64,000 bases of DNA from contig LUYZ01000008.1 in the NCBI GenBank assembly GCA_001603425.1, forward strand, positions 7,984 to 71,983, read 5' to 3'. A model generated the notes under the pieces. It saw only the letters and a list, made by a program, of their open reading frames with translations, was not told the DNA's origin and ran no database searches. A program made the translations under genes and the position numbers. Origin of the DNA: Bacteroidales bacterium Bact_08 (lineage in GTDB: Bacteria; Bacteroidota; Bacteroidia; Bacteroidales; UBA932). This document shows, piece by piece, positions 39,754-50,629 of the stretch. Every line of letters begins with the position of its first letter. Position 1 is the first letter of the stretch.

Positions 39754-41148
39754 ATGGAAAGCTGTAGTAGAGTTAAAATCTCTAAAATAAAGGAGATGGA
39801 ACCAGGTGAAAAAATCTTGGTAAAAGGATGGGTAAGAACAAAAAGAGGTAATAAAAATGTTACTTTCGTTGCTCTTAATGATGGTTCTTCTGTTAGTAAT
39901 GTACAAATTGTTCTAGATGGTTCTAAATTTTCCGAAGAGTCTCTAAAAGGAGTTACAACTGGTGCATCAATTGGTGTGTTTGGAGTATTGGTTGAGTCTC
40001 CAGGTAAAGGACAAGCACTAGAAATATCTGCCGATAAATTGGAGCTATATGGAACAGCTGATCCCAATAGCTATCCCTTACAAAAAAAGGGACACACTAT
40101 GGAGTTTCTAAGAGAAATAGGACATTTAAGACCTAGGACAAACACCTTTGGATGTATTTTTAGAATTAGGCATGCAATGGCTTATGCAATACACAAATTC
40201 TTTAATGACAAAGGATTCTACTACCTTCATACTCCAATAATTACAGCATCTGATGCCGAAGGAGCAGGTGCTATGTTTCAAGTAACAACGTTAGATCTAT
40301 CAAATCCCCCTAGAAAAGAGTGTGGAGCAATAGATTACTCTAAAGACTTTTTTGGCAAATCGGCAAATCTAACGGTCAGTGGGCAGCTAGAAGGAGAGTT
40401 AGGAGCGCTAGCTCTTGGAGAGATATATACATTTGGGCCCACTTTTAGAGCAGAAAACTCTAATACTCCGCGACATCTATCTGAATTTTGGATGATTGAA
40501 CCAGAAATGGCATTCTATGAGATAAAAGAGAATATGGACCTTGCAGAGGAGTTTATTAAATATTTGGTTAAATATGCACTAGATAACTGCATAGAAGACT
40601 TGAGGTTCTTAAACGATATGTTTGATAAGGAACTTATTCAAAGACTAGAAGATGTAGTTAATACTCAATTTGTAAGGCTATCATACACAGAGGGTATTGA
40701 GATTCTAATAAATTCTGGCCAAAAATTTGAATTCCCTGTATCATGGGGAACAGATTTACAAAGCGAGCATGAGAGATATTTAGTTGAGAAACACTTTAAA
40801 AAGCCTGTTATTTTAACAGATTATCCAAAAGAGATAAAAGCTTTTTATATGAAGCAAAACTCTGATGGAAAAACCGTTAGAGCAATGGATGTTCTTTTCC
40901 CAAAAATTGGAGAGATTATTGGGGGTTCACAAAGAGAGGAGTCACTAGAAAAACTTCAATCAAGAGTAGAGGAGCTTCATATGGATCCTAGCTCATTATG
41001 GTGGTATCTAGAGACCAGAAAATATGGCACAGTTCCTCATGCAGGATTTGGTCTAGGGTTTGAAAGATTGCTTCTATTTGTTACTGGTATGACCAATATA
41101 AGGGATGTCATTCCTTTTCCAAGATCACCTAAAAATGCAGAATTTTAA
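39754..41148 (+). CDS. asnS: Asparagine--tRNA ligase
   Basis: [36 protein letters not shown]. Confidence 0.96.
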   Translation: MESCSRVKISKIKEMEPGEKILVKGWVRTKRGNKNVTFVALNDGSSVSNVQIVLDGSKFSEESLKGVTTGASIGVFGVLVESPGKGQALEISADKLELYGTADPNSYPLQKKGHTMEFLREIGHLRPRTNTFGCIFRIRHAMAYAIHKFFNDKGFYYLHTPIITASDAEGAGAMFQVTTLDLSNPPRKECGAIDYSKDFFGKSANLTVSGQLEGELGALALGEIYTFGPTFRAENSNTPRHLSEFWMIEPEMAFYEIKENMDLAEEFIKYLVKYALDNCIEDLRFLNDMFDKELIQRLEDVVNTQFVRLSYTEGIEILINSGQKFEFPVSWGTDLQSEHERYLVEKHFKKPVILTDYPKEIKAFYMKQNSDGKTVRAMDVLFPKIGEIIGGSQREESLEKLQSRVEELHMDPSSLWWYLETRKYGTVPHAGFGLGFERLLLFVTGMTNIRDVIPFPRSPKNAEF

Positions 41149-41151
41149 TAT

Positions 41152-41769
41152 ATGTTGATAATTGGAATAGCCGGAGGTACCGGATCTGGAAAGTCTACAG
41201 TTGTAAGACAAATTACTAAAATCTTGGGAGATAACGACGTTGTAGTTATCCCCCAAGACTCATATTATAAAGACAATAGTCATCTCCCTCTAGAAGAGAG
41301 ACTAGAGTTAAATTTCGACCACCCACAATCTGTAGATTTTGAGCTATTAATTACTCAACTTAACGATCTTAAAAAAGGAGTCGCAGTAGACCAGCCTATA
41401 TACTCCTACTTAACATGCTCTAGATCTAAAGATGATAATGTTAGGGTAAATCCTTCTAAAGTAATTATTGTGGAGGGAATACTTATTTTCACATGTGAAG
41501 AGCTTAGAAACTGTATGGATATAAAGGTTTTTGTAGATGCCGATGCCGATGATAGACTTGGAAGAGTTATCACTAGAGATAATATAGAGAGAGGAAGAAG
41601 CGTAGAAAAAGTATTGGAGAGGTATGAGAAAACTGTTAAACCAATGCATTTGCAGTTTATTGAACCAAGTAAAAGGTATGCAGATATAATTATTCCACAA
41701 GGAGGTCACAATCAAGTAGCAATAGACATTTTGCTTGCAACAATAGAAAAAGCATTAAATATTAAATAA
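41152..41769 (+). CDS. udk: Uridine kinase
   Basis: GIAGGTGSGKST, QDSYY, NFDHP, FIEPSKRYADIIIP. Confidence 0.95.
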   Translation: MLIIGIAGGTGSGKSTVVRQITKILGDNDVVVIPQDSYYKDNSHLPLEERLELNFDHPQSVDFELLITQLNDLKKGVAVDQPIYSYLTCSRSKDDNVRVNPSKVIIVEGILIFTCEELRNCMDIKVFVDADADDRLGRVITRDNIERGRSVEKVLERYEKTVKPMHLQFIEPSKRYADIIIPQGGHNQVAIDILLATIEKALNIK

Positions 41770-41772
41770 TTG

Positions 41773-42483
41773 ATGTTTAAAAGAGATAATAACGCTGGTC
41801 TATATCTAACAATCTCCTTTCACTTAGTTCTACTTATAATTCTTTTAATATATAGAATTAGTTATGAATTGAGAGAGGAGAGCTCTTTTATTCTTGACTT
41901 TACAAGAGAAGAGCTTATAGAAAAAATTGCAAAAAAAGAGCAATTAAAGGAGGAGGTTAGTAAGGAGATTGACGATATTCTCGCTGGCAGAACTGCTATT
42001 AGAAATGTTGTTGTAGATAGATCTAATCAAAAAGGGTCACAACTACGTGACGATAGATATAAAAACCCTCAAGAGCTGTACGACCAAGCTCAACGTGTAC
42101 AAGAGAGACTAGATGCAGCAAAAAGAGAGGCAGACAAGTTTAAAGGCACAGATAATATACCAAACACTAGAGAAATTCCACAAACAACAGAGCAAAGTTA
42201 TAAAGGGCCATCTGTAATATCATATTATCTAGAGAATAGAAAAGCTATGAGTTTACCTATTCCAGTATACAAATGCATTGGTGGAGGTGACGTAAAAGTA
42301 ATTATTGTAGTAAATAGGAATGGTTATGTGGTTTCGGCCACTGTTGCTAAAGATGAGTCTGCCGATGATAATTGCCTTACAGAATATGCAATAAAGGCTG
42401 CAAAATCTTCTCGATTTACAGCCTCTTCTGACGCCCCTACTAGACAAAGTGGAGAAATAGTCTATCGTTTTATTGCTCAATAG
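41773..42483 (+). CDS. TonB-like energy transducer (TonB_C domain)
   Basis: N-terminal TM with His (ISFHLV); C-terminal VxVxIxVNRNGxV...A.KSSRF...GEIVYRF. Confidence 0.75.
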   Translation: MFKRDNNAGLYLTISFHLVLLIILLIYRISYELREESSFILDFTREELIEKIAKKEQLKEEVSKEIDDILAGRTAIRNVVVDRSNQKGSQLRDDRYKNPQELYDQAQRVQERLDAAKREADKFKGTDNIPNTREIPQTTEQSYKGPSVISYYLENRKAMSLPIPVYKCIGGGDVKVIIVVNRNGYVVSATVAKDESADDNCLTEYAIKAAKSSRFTASSDAPTRQSGEIVYRFIAQ

Positions 42484-44056
42484 CTATCTTAATAGTATTA
42501 TCCATCTTATGAATTATTGGATAAAATGCTTTATCATCTAAAGGAGAGTATCTAGCAGTATATGCATATACATGATTTAATATCAGATCTCGGCTCTCAT
42601 TCCACTCAACATTTGTAAATCTAACTCCATTAGAGATTGCGTAGTTTTTAAACTCTCTCTCTATATTTATATCCTCAAAAAACTTGTATAAATTATCTAA
42701 TTTATCTACCTGATTGAGCTTTGACCGGTACTTATCTGCAATATGAAGTCCAAATTTAAATGTGAGACCTAAATTAGTAACTTTAAAAAATAGGGAGCCT
42801 ACAGCAGTTGTATCAATTGGAATAAAAATATCTGGCATTATTCCACCACCTCCATAAACAATTTTACCTTTAGGAGTTGTGTACATTAGAGAATCATTAA
42901 ACTTAATACTATCGGCATAAAACATCTCTCCGTGTTTAAATCTTTCAAATATATCGTCCCTGTATGAATCATCTCCAGTATATGGCTTTTGAATTGATCT
43001 CCCTGTTGGAGTATAAAAACGGGCAACAGTCAAACGTATTCCAGAATTATCAGAGAAATATATTGGTTCTTGAACAAGTCCTTTCCCAAAAGAGCGTCTT
43101 CCTAAAATCATTCCCCTGTCATTATCTTGAATTGCACCAGCAAAAATTTCACTAGAGGAAGCAGATCCCTCATCTATAAGCACTTTAATTGACAAGTCTT
43201 TACATTTTCCGCTATTATCTGCATGAAAATTTTGCCTTGCTCTTCTTCTTCCTTCCATATAAACAATTAAATCTCCCTTATTCAAAAATTCATTAGAAAG
43301 GAGCAATGCTTGATCTAAATATCCACCAGAATTTCCTCTGAGATCAAACAGAAGTGATCTCATTCCGCTCTCTCTTAAATGAGATACAGCATCCATAAAT
43401 TCAGAATGACTAGTTCTGGAAAATCTTGATAATTTAATATAACCCAAAGTATCATTTAACATATAGGCCACATCAACACTTTTAACAGGAATTTTTCCCC
43501 TTTTTATCTCAAAAGTTAAAAGATTATCTATGCCCACTCGTTTTATATCTAAATTAACAAACGTACCAGACTTTCCTCTTAATTTACTAACAAGTGAGTC
43601 TTGATTAACATTAACCCCAGCGACATCAACTCCATCAACTTTCACAATTCTATCTCCGGACAAAATGCCTGTTCTCTCAGAAGGGCCTCCTGGGACAACA
43701 TTAATAACAATTGCGGTATCATTAGGAACATTAAAATGAATACCAATACCATCAAAATTACCAACTAACTGCTCTTCTGAAGATTGTAAATCCTTAGGCC
43801 CTAAATATACAGAATGAGGGTCTAGTTTCTGTAATATTAGAGGTATTGACTCCTCAGTTATGGCTTCACTATCCACATTGTCCACATAATGCATATCAAT
43901 TTGAGACAAAATTAACATTAGCTTGTCCCAGCTATTTGCAGAGACTTTAAGTTCACGCTTAGTCGAATATTCACTATAAACCTTAAAACTAAGAGCCCCT
44001 AATAGAAAAACTATTATAACCCATGTAAATGGAACTTTACCTCTATTGATCATCAT
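42470..44056 (-). CDS. S41 family C-terminal processing peptidase
   Basis: LDPHSVY, PDZ domain, DLRGNSGG, SASSSEI, SFGKG. Confidence 0.92.
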   Translation of the reverse strand: MMINRGKVPFTWVIIVFLLGALSFKVYSEYSTKRELKVSANSWDKLMLILSQIDMHYVDNVDSEAITEESIPLILQKLDPHSVYLGPKDLQSSEEQLVGNFDGIGIHFNVPNDTAIVINVVPGGPSERTGILSGDRIVKVDGVDVAGVNVNQDSLVSKLRGKSGTFVNLDIKRVGIDNLLTFEIKRGKIPVKSVDVAYMLNDTLGYIKLSRFSRTSHSEFMDAVSHLRESGMRSLLFDLRGNSGGYLDQALLLSNEFLNKGDLIVYMEGRRRARQNFHADNSGKCKDLSIKVLIDEGSASSSEIFAGAIQDNDRGMILGRRSFGKGLVQEPIYFSDNSGIRLTVARFYTPTGRSIQKPYTGDDSYRDDIFERFKHGEMFYADSIKFNDSLMYTTPKGKIVYGGGGIMPDIFIPIDTTAVGSLFFKVTNLGLTFKFGLHIADKYRSKLNQVDKLDNLYKFFEDINIEREFKNYAISNGVRFTNVEWNESRDLILNHVYAYTARYSPLDDKAFYPIIHKMDNTIKIAIEQ

Positions 44057-44495
44057 TTTTTCTCTCTGTTAGATTTACTATTTCAATACCTGCTCTGACT
44101 AAAAGATCCAAACCATCTGTTACAGTGTAGCTATCTTTATACACCAATCTGACAATTCCTGCTTGAATTATCAACTTTGCACACTCTACACATGGAGCTG
44201 TAGTTACATACATAGTAGCTCCTTTACTACTATTCCCAGACTTTGCAATCTTGGTAATAGCATTTGCTTCTGCATGGAGCACATAGGGCTTTGTTTTGCC
44301 ATTTTCATCTTCGCATACATTGTCAAACCCAGCTGGAGTACCATTATATCCATCGGATATAATCATTCTCTCTTTAACAATTAGAGCCCCAACTCTTCTG
44401 CGCTTACAATAAGAGTTTTTTGCCCAAACCTGAGCCATTTCTAAATAACTCCTATCAAACTGCTCTTGTTTATTTTTTATCTCTAGTTTATTCAT
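44043..44495 (-). CDS. dCMP deaminase family protein
   Basis: GYNG, HAEANA, PCVEC zinc motifs; start set at ATG 44495. Confidence 0.92.
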   Translation of the reverse strand: MNKLEIKNKQEQFDRSYLEMAQVWAKNSYCKRRRVGALIVKERMIISDGYNGTPAGFDNVCEDENGKTKPYVLHAEANAITKIAKSGNSSKGATMYVTTAPCVECAKLIIQAGIVRLVYKDSYTVTDGLDLLVRAGIEIVNLTERKNDDQ

Positions 44496-44517
44496 AAAAA
44501 TTAGGTATTCTTTATTT

Positions 44518-46176
44518 TTACTCAGATCTCTGATATAAATATCTTTTAATACTCCTTTTAGGTGTCTTTTCAAACTCTTCCGGAATAATTTCAAACGACT
44601 GAATTTTAGAGTAGTTTGGTAATTCATTATTAACCATATCTACAATCTCAATCATTTTTGTATTAGTAGCATCGGCAGTTAAACCATCCTTTTCAATAAG
44701 TTCTAGATCTGGGTAGATTAATACAGCCAACCCATTACCCTTTTCTACAACCAATGACTCCGAAACATAAGGCATATTGTTAAAAATTGACTCAATCTCC
44801 TCTGTATAGATATTTTGCCCAGATGGTCCTAGAATCATGCTCTTAGATCTACCTTTTATATATAAATAACCATCTTTGTCAATAACACCCATATCTCCTG
44901 TCTTTAGCCAACCATCAGAAGTCAATACTTGCTCTGTTGCCTCTGGATTTTTATAATAACCAAGCATAACATTGGCTCCTTTACACAAAATCTCACCAGC
45001 TTCATTTTCTGGATCTTGAGAGTCAATCATCAACTCCATTCTAGGAGCAACCTTACCACAAGAGAATAATCTAGTATTATTCCAAGGGGCATAGGTAATT
45101 ATGGGTGCACACTCTGTCATTCCATAACCAACAGTAAAAGGGAACCCAATTTTTCTAAAAAAGCTCTCAGCCTCTCTATTAAAAGCCGCACCTCCAATAA
45201 TTACCTCATAAAACTTACCTCCAAATGTATTTATAAGCTCTTTTTGAATCCTTTTTTGAATCCTTTGATCTATCACTGGCAATTTTAAGAGAACTCTTAT
45301 AGATTTCTTATTTATAATAGGTTGCAGTCTCTTTTTATATATTTTTTCAATAATTAGCGGAACAGAAATTACAATATCTGGTTTGATTTCGGCAAATGCA
45401 TCTAGAATAATTTTAGGACTTGGTATTCTAGTTAAAAAATGAACATGAGCACCAACTGTCATTTCAAAAAGGAACTCAAACATCATTCCATACATATGAG
45501 CAGTTGGCAGCATAGCTACAACATTAGAGCTATTATTTATATGTGGCTGAACCTCTTTTGCAAAAAATATATTCGACAATAAAGCTCTATATGGGATCAT
45601 TACTCCCTTAGAGAACCCTGTTGTTCCAGAGGTATAATTAATCATCGACAACTCTTCGGAATCATCTATATGATAATTAATATGTTCAGATCTAAAGTTT
45701 TTAGGATATTTCTTACCAAATAACTCATTTAAATGCTCTCTCGTGCTTTTTACTATCGGATCTTTAGCGTATAGAATAGCAAAATCGTGTATCTGTATAA
45801 CAGCCTCTAAGTTGGGCATTTCTGTCTCACTTAATTGCTCCCAAATAACATCTCCAACAAATAGAATACGTGAATCTGAATGATTAACAATATGGTGAAT
45901 ATTACCAGGTTTAAATTCATGTAGAATAGGTACTGCAACAGCTCCATAAGTTAAAGCCGATAGAAAAATCACCCCCCAATTAGCTTGATTTTTTGAACAT
46001 ATAGAGATCTTATCACCTTTCTTAACACCACAAATCTCAAATACAATATGGAGTTTTTCAATCCTTCTTGCAACATCTCTGTAATAGAGAGTTATTCCTT
46101 TATAATCAGATAAAGCAGCTCTATCCCAGTTATCTTTAAAACTTTGTTCTAGCAGTTTATTTAATGATTGTTCCAT
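44518..46176 (-). CDS. Long-chain fatty acid--CoA ligase (AMP-binding)
   Basis: YTSGTTGFSKG, GYGMTE, TGDMG, GRSK; start set at ATG 46176. Confidence 0.9.
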   Translation of the reverse strand: MEQSLNKLLEQSFKDNWDRAALSDYKGITLYYRDVARRIEKLHIVFEICGVKKGDKISICSKNQANWGVIFLSALTYGAVAVPILHEFKPGNIHHIVNHSDSRILFVGDVIWEQLSETEMPNLEAVIQIHDFAILYAKDPIVKSTREHLNELFGKKYPKNFRSEHINYHIDDSEELSMINYTSGTTGFSKGVMIPYRALLSNIFFAKEVQPHINNSSNVVAMLPTAHMYGMMFEFLFEMTVGAHVHFLTRIPSPKIILDAFAEIKPDIVISVPLIIEKIYKKRLQPIINKKSIRVLLKLPVIDQRIQKRIQKELINTFGGKFYEVIIGGAAFNREAESFFRKIGFPFTVGYGMTECAPIITYAPWNNTRLFSCGKVAPRMELMIDSQDPENEAGEILCKGANVMLGYYKNPEATEQVLTSDGWLKTGDMGVIDKDGYLYIKGRSKSMILGPSGQNIYTEEIESIFNNMPYVSESLVVEKGNGLAVLIYPDLELIEKDGLTADATNTKMIEIVDMVNNELPNYSKIQSFEIIPEEFEKTPKRSIKRYLYQRSE

Positions 46177-46183
46177 TATCAAA

Positions 46184-48010
46184 TTACGCAAATGTTTGTA
46201 AATTACATAAATTGGAGTACATTCCTCCTCTATCAATTAACTCTTGATGATCTCCTCTTTCAACAACCTCACCATCTTTTAAAACTATTATCTCATCTGC
46301 ATGTCTAATAGTAGATAATCTATGAGCAATAACTATGGATGTTCTATTTTTCATCAATTTAGTTAAAGCATCTTGAACCAATTTTTCACTCTCTGTATCT
46401 AAAGCAGAGGTTGCTTCATCTAAAATTAAAATTGGTGGATTTTTTAACACAGCCCTTGCTATAGCTAACCTTTGACGTTGGCCTCCCGAAAGAGTCGCCC
46501 CTCTATCTCCAATATTTGTATCATATCCATTTGGCAAATGTTCAATAAATTCATGAGCATTGGCTATTTTAGCAGCATTAACAACATCATCATATGTTAC
46601 CCCTTGAAGTCCAAAAGTAATATTATTATAAACAGAGTCATTAAAAAGAATTGCCTCTTGAGTAACAATACCCATTAATGAAATAATATCTTTTGGCTCA
46701 TACTCTCTAACGTCTACTCCATCAATTTTTAATGAACCCGAAGTAACATCGTAAAATCTAGGAATAAGATCTGCCATGGTGGATTTTCCAGCACCTGAAG
46801 GTCCAACCAAAGCTATTGTTTTCCCTTTAGGAATTTCTAGATTAATATTTCTTAACACAGGCTCTTTAACATATGAAAATGAGACATTATCAAAGAAAAT
46901 AGATTGAGTAAATTTCTCAATTTTCTTAGGACTATCTGCTTTCTTAATCTGAGGTTCTACATCCAAAATAGCAAAAAGTCTCTCACCAGAAGCTAGCCCT
47001 CTTTGGAGGTTTGCATATGCATTAGAAATAGATTTAGCAGGTTCTAAAACTCTCCAATAAAATCCAATATATACAACAAAAGATGACCACTCCATGCCTA
47101 GATTACCATTCATCTGCAAATAACCACCATAAAATAGAACAGATGCAGCAACAGTTATTCCCAAAAACTCGGATAGTGGAGAAGCTAACTCTTGCTTATT
47201 ATACATCTTTTTACTAATTCGTCTATGACTTTCATTACTGCTGTCAAAATTGTTATTTACATAATCTTGAGCATTGAAAGCCTTTATTATTCTAGCACCA
47301 GAGATTGCCTCTTCAAAATGACTAACAATTCTACCCATCATACTTTGAGTATCTTTTGCCCCTTTTTTTAATTTTCTACTTAATCTTCCAATAACAATTG
47401 CCGATATTGGTAGAGTTAATAGAGTTACTGCAGTCAACTGTGGAGACATATAAAAAAGCATAGACAAAAACCCAATAATTAGCAAAGGGTCTCTAAATAA
47501 AATATGAAAGCTATTAGCAACCCCATTTTGAACTTCTGTAACATCATTAGAAATACTTGAGAGAATATCACCCTTTCTGTGTTGACTAAAATAGCCTATA
47601 TGCATCTTAGTAATCTTATGAAATAGAGCAGTTCTGATATTTTTCATAATATGTGTTCTCATACTAACAAGAACTCTTTGTGAAAGATATCTCATTAGAT
47701 TTGACAACAAGGATGTAGTAATAAGAACTATACATACATATACAAGACCTGTTAATGCTCCTGATTTTTTTATGTAACCTACCAGATAGTGATTAAAAAG
47801 TGCCTGAAAATAATCTATTGACAGAGCAAATGGAGGAAGAGTAACGTTTAAGTCGATTGAGTCTGCTTCAAATAGAACTTTTAGAAGCGGAGCTATTAAC
47901 GCATAGTTTGCTATTCCAAAAATTACAGAAAAAATTGAAATAACTAAATATCTTGGCCAGAACCTAGAATATGGCTTTGCAAAAGCCAGTAACCTCATAA
48001 ATGTATTCAT
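46184..48010 (-). CDS. MsbA-like ABC exporter (TMD+NBD)
   Basis: N-terminal TMD, GPSGAGKST, LSGGQRQR, LDEATSALD. Confidence 0.9.
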   Translation of the reverse strand: MNTFMRLLAFAKPYSRFWPRYLVISIFSVIFGIANYALIAPLLKVLFEADSIDLNVTLPPFALSIDYFQALFNHYLVGYIKKSGALTGLVYVCIVLITTSLLSNLMRYLSQRVLVSMRTHIMKNIRTALFHKITKMHIGYFSQHRKGDILSSISNDVTEVQNGVANSFHILFRDPLLIIGFLSMLFYMSPQLTAVTLLTLPISAIVIGRLSRKLKKGAKDTQSMMGRIVSHFEEAISGARIIKAFNAQDYVNNNFDSSNESHRRISKKMYNKQELASPLSEFLGITVAASVLFYGGYLQMNGNLGMEWSSFVVYIGFYWRVLEPAKSISNAYANLQRGLASGERLFAILDVEPQIKKADSPKKIEKFTQSIFFDNVSFSYVKEPVLRNINLEIPKGKTIALVGPSGAGKSTMADLIPRFYDVTSGSLKIDGVDVREYEPKDIISLMGIVTQEAILFNDSVYNNITFGLQGVTYDDVVNAAKIANAHEFIEHLPNGYDTNIGDRGATLSGGQRQRLAIARAVLKNPPILILDEATSALDTESEKLVQDALTKLMKNRTSIVIAHRLSTIRHADEIIVLKDGEVVERGDHQELIDRGGMYSNLCNLQTFA

Positions 48011-48013
48011 ATC

Positions 48014-48295
48014 TTATTTTGTCTCTTCGTAATCTACATATTCACCAACTCCCTTATCTACAATCTTTTCCTCTTTTGGCCCATTTTTTATATACACCTC
48101 ACCCTCTCTATAGTTATCTGAATTGTTTTGAGTATTGCTATTATTGTAATTGGTATAAAAATTAGTACTACCAAAACCATTACCATAGTTTTTAATCTTT
48201 TTTTGTATCCACCATTTAAGAAGATACGGCGCAAATCTAACTAATAACCAAATAATTAGAAAAAAAATCAATATGAACGTAATAAAACCTTCCAT
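48014..48295 (-). CDS. DUF4834-like small membrane protein
   Basis: N-terminal TM, Asn-rich linker, C-terminal GEYVDYEE. Confidence 0.75.
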   Translation of the reverse strand: MEGFITFILIFFLIIWLLVRFAPYLLKWWIQKKIKNYGNGFGSTNFYTNYNNSNTQNNSDNYREGEVYIKNGPKEEKIVDKGVGEYVDYEETK

Positions 48296-50583
48296 TACTT
48301 AATCTTTACTTTTTTATACTTTCCTGTCTCTAAATCTAACAGAACTCCAAAGTTTGCAATAGTTTTGGCAAAAATCACACCATTCTCATGTAAAATAATC
48401 TCTGTATCTGGCCGCAATCTGTATTTCCCTTTTAGATCACCTACCTCTTTTCCTTCAATATTAAAAATTGAAGTTCTTAACATTGTTCTTAAAACAAAGT
48501 AATTCTTACCATTAACAATTATGATCTCAGGAAAATCTTTTATTGTCTCATCCAAAGAGATATCTCTCCAATCCTCCTTATGAGTCATATTTAAACTATA
48601 TAGTCTCAAAAAATTACCTTTATGTAGCAACATGACATTTTGACTGTCTTCTATTTCAAAAATTTTTGGTCCTAGAATTATAGAATCCCTCAATGTTTTA
48701 GGAAATCCATAGACATATCTCCCAGTTCTATCTAGAAGATAAATCTCATCGGAAGAGGCAAACATCATTTGTAGTTTCCCATTATTAAAATAATCTACTT
48801 GTTCAACATAGCCTTTTAATTGCTCCTTAAAAGGGATACCCCACAATCCTTTTCTATTTTTGTCAGATAGACGCAACCAATTATTTGGCAACTGTTCTAA
48901 AAACTCTTTATCTCCATTATTAAAATTAATCAGCTCAAAAGGTCCTTTGGGAACAACAATCACAGTATCATTTTCCCACCCTATTGGCTTAATTGTATCT
49001 GTTATTCTTGCAACAGGGAGCCTACTAAGACTATCAGCATACAAATGAAACCGCAAATAGGGCCCCTCTTTTGATTGAAAAATCTGGAAAGAGGTAAGCA
49101 GAATATTTTTACTTTTGATATAACTATCTAACTCATTTCTAACGTCTCTTCTAAAATATCTTGTTATTGAGTCTGCAATAAAAGAGCCATTTACAAAACT
49201 ACTTAGATATGAATCAGATGTTTGTGAATATCTACTCATCTTTGTTTGTGATAGATAATCCGATAATGTAAACCTATTAAATGATCCATTTATGTACTCA
49301 TTGAGCAGCAATGAATCAGAAATTAATATATAGTCTTTATCTTGAACAAAAAAGCTATTAGTTCTATCTCTTTTAAAAAGATCTCCAAAATATAGTCTGA
49401 ATATATCTGAATGCTCAAATTTTTGAATGCTTAAATCGCTATCACTACTAAAGATATCTTTTAAAAATCCAAACTTACTCTTCTCTAAAGATAAAATAGT
49501 AAATGGAACTAATTGAGATCCATATGGTATTAGTGCTTGAGATATCGAAGAGAGACTAAGACTACCCAACCATTTAGTAGAATTCAAATCTGGATTAGTA
49601 CCCTTTCCCGAGAACTCTCTGTATCTTATTGATTTTGATATTATTTTATTTATATCGGCAACTGTAAATGATGTTACAGAAAATGTATTGTATGGCAGCA
49701 AATCATAAATACTACTTTTTTGAGGTTTGTTATCCTCAAAGATCTGAGAGTAATACAAAGATCCCAAAATGTTATGTGGCCTCCCTATAAACTTAATGTT
49801 ATCTGAGTTACACTCCAAATAATAAGAGCTCCAAGAACAAAATTTCAAAAAGAAATCGGCATATCTTAACGAACTTCTATCCCCTATTCCCGAAAAAATC
49901 TTGCCTATTTGAGAGTGATTAATAAAAACCCTCACTCGGGACTCATTACTCTCAACAAGAATGCTATCAAAAATACTATTATCTAATATTGAAGAGTTTG
50001 ATAATAGATGCCTTACCGATGACTCTATTAAAATAGCAGATGAAGATACTATAACGTAATCATTCCAAAAAAGGAGCTCTCCTCCTGGAATTTTATATAT
50101 ATCTATATTATTAAATTTTCTATGAGTTTTTGTAACATTAATACTCTCTTTCAAATGATTGATATGTTTGAGATCATTAATTATAGGACAATGGATAATA
50201 AAAAGAGGAGAGATCTCATTATTTGCAGAGTAATGAAAAGATAAAACAGATTTAAAATTGGCATTATTATAATTGCTTCCGCTTTTAAAAAAACTATAAA
50301 GTCTATTTAGAAATGTTTTAAATTCTCTGTTAGAACTTAATAGATTATCTGACAATGGATTACTAGCAATCAGTGCGCTATTTATTGAAGCTAAATCACT
50401 AAATAAAAAAAGAGCGGACACATCTATAGGAACTGCCCTAAACACTTCTTTATCCACATAAGAAAATGATATTGAGTCCTCCTTATTATACCCTCTAATA
50501 GACAGAAATGCGGCAATTGCTAAAACAACAGCCGCCGCTAAAAACAAAAGTTTTGTATATCTATTTTTATCAATAAAACGCAT
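48295..50583 (-). CDS. Large uncharacterised membrane-anchored protein (tentatively DUF3352-like)
   Basis: 762-aa ORF with an N-terminal anchor and a beta-rich C-terminus (VDYFNNGKLQ, DRTGRYVYGFP). Confidence 0.75.
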   Translation of the reverse strand: MRFIDKNRYTKLLFLAAAVVLAIAAFLSIRGYNKEDSISFSYVDKEVFRAVPIDVSALFLFSDLASINSALIASNPLSDNLLSSNREFKTFLNRLYSFFKSGSNYNNANFKSVLSFHYSANNEISPLFIIHCPIINDLKHINHLKESINVTKTHRKFNNIDIYKIPGGELLFWNDYVIVSSSAILIESSVRHLLSNSSILDNSIFDSILVESNESRVRVFINHSQIGKIFSGIGDRSSLRYADFFLKFCSWSSYYLECNSDNIKFIGRPHNILGSLYYSQIFEDNKPQKSSIYDLLPYNTFSVTSFTVADINKIISKSIRYREFSGKGTNPDLNSTKWLGSLSLSSISQALIPYGSQLVPFTILSLEKSKFGFLKDIFSSDSDLSIQKFEHSDIFRLYFGDLFKRDRTNSFFVQDKDYILISDSLLLNEYINGSFNRFTLSDYLSQTKMSRYSQTSDSYLSSFVNGSFIADSITRYFRRDVRNELDSYIKSKNILLTSFQIFQSKEGPYLRFHLYADSLSRLPVARITDTIKPIGWENDTVIVVPKGPFELINFNNGDKEFLEQLPNNWLRLSDKNRKGLWGIPFKEQLKGYVEQVDYFNNGKLQMMFASSDEIYLLDRTGRYVYGFPKTLRDSIILGPKIFEIEDSQNVMLLHKGNFLRLYSLNMTHKEDWRDISLDETIKDFPEIIIVNGKNYFVLRTMLRTSIFNIEGKEVGDLKGKYRLRPDTEIILHENGVIFAKTIANFGVLLDLETGKYKKVKIK

Positions 50584-50597
50584 CGTATATTATGGCA

Positions 50598-50605
50598 CAA
50601 AGCTA
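50598..50605 (-). promoter_or_regulatory. -7 element for the 762-aa protein operon
   Basis: CAAAGCTA on + equals TAGCTTTG on -. Confidence 0.55.
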
Positions 50606-50629
50606 TAAAAAAAGAGGTGCCCAAAAAAA

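Noticed and set aside
2385-41148. aspA, ansA and asnS as an asparagine utilisation cluster
   Set aside because: They are separated by 6-28 kb and lie in unrelated operons.
44496-44627. N-terminal extensions in the ORF track (dCMP deaminase; also fadD, miaA, rpiB, mraZ)
   Set aside because: They overlap neighbouring genes or promoters; downstream ATGs match the family N-termini.
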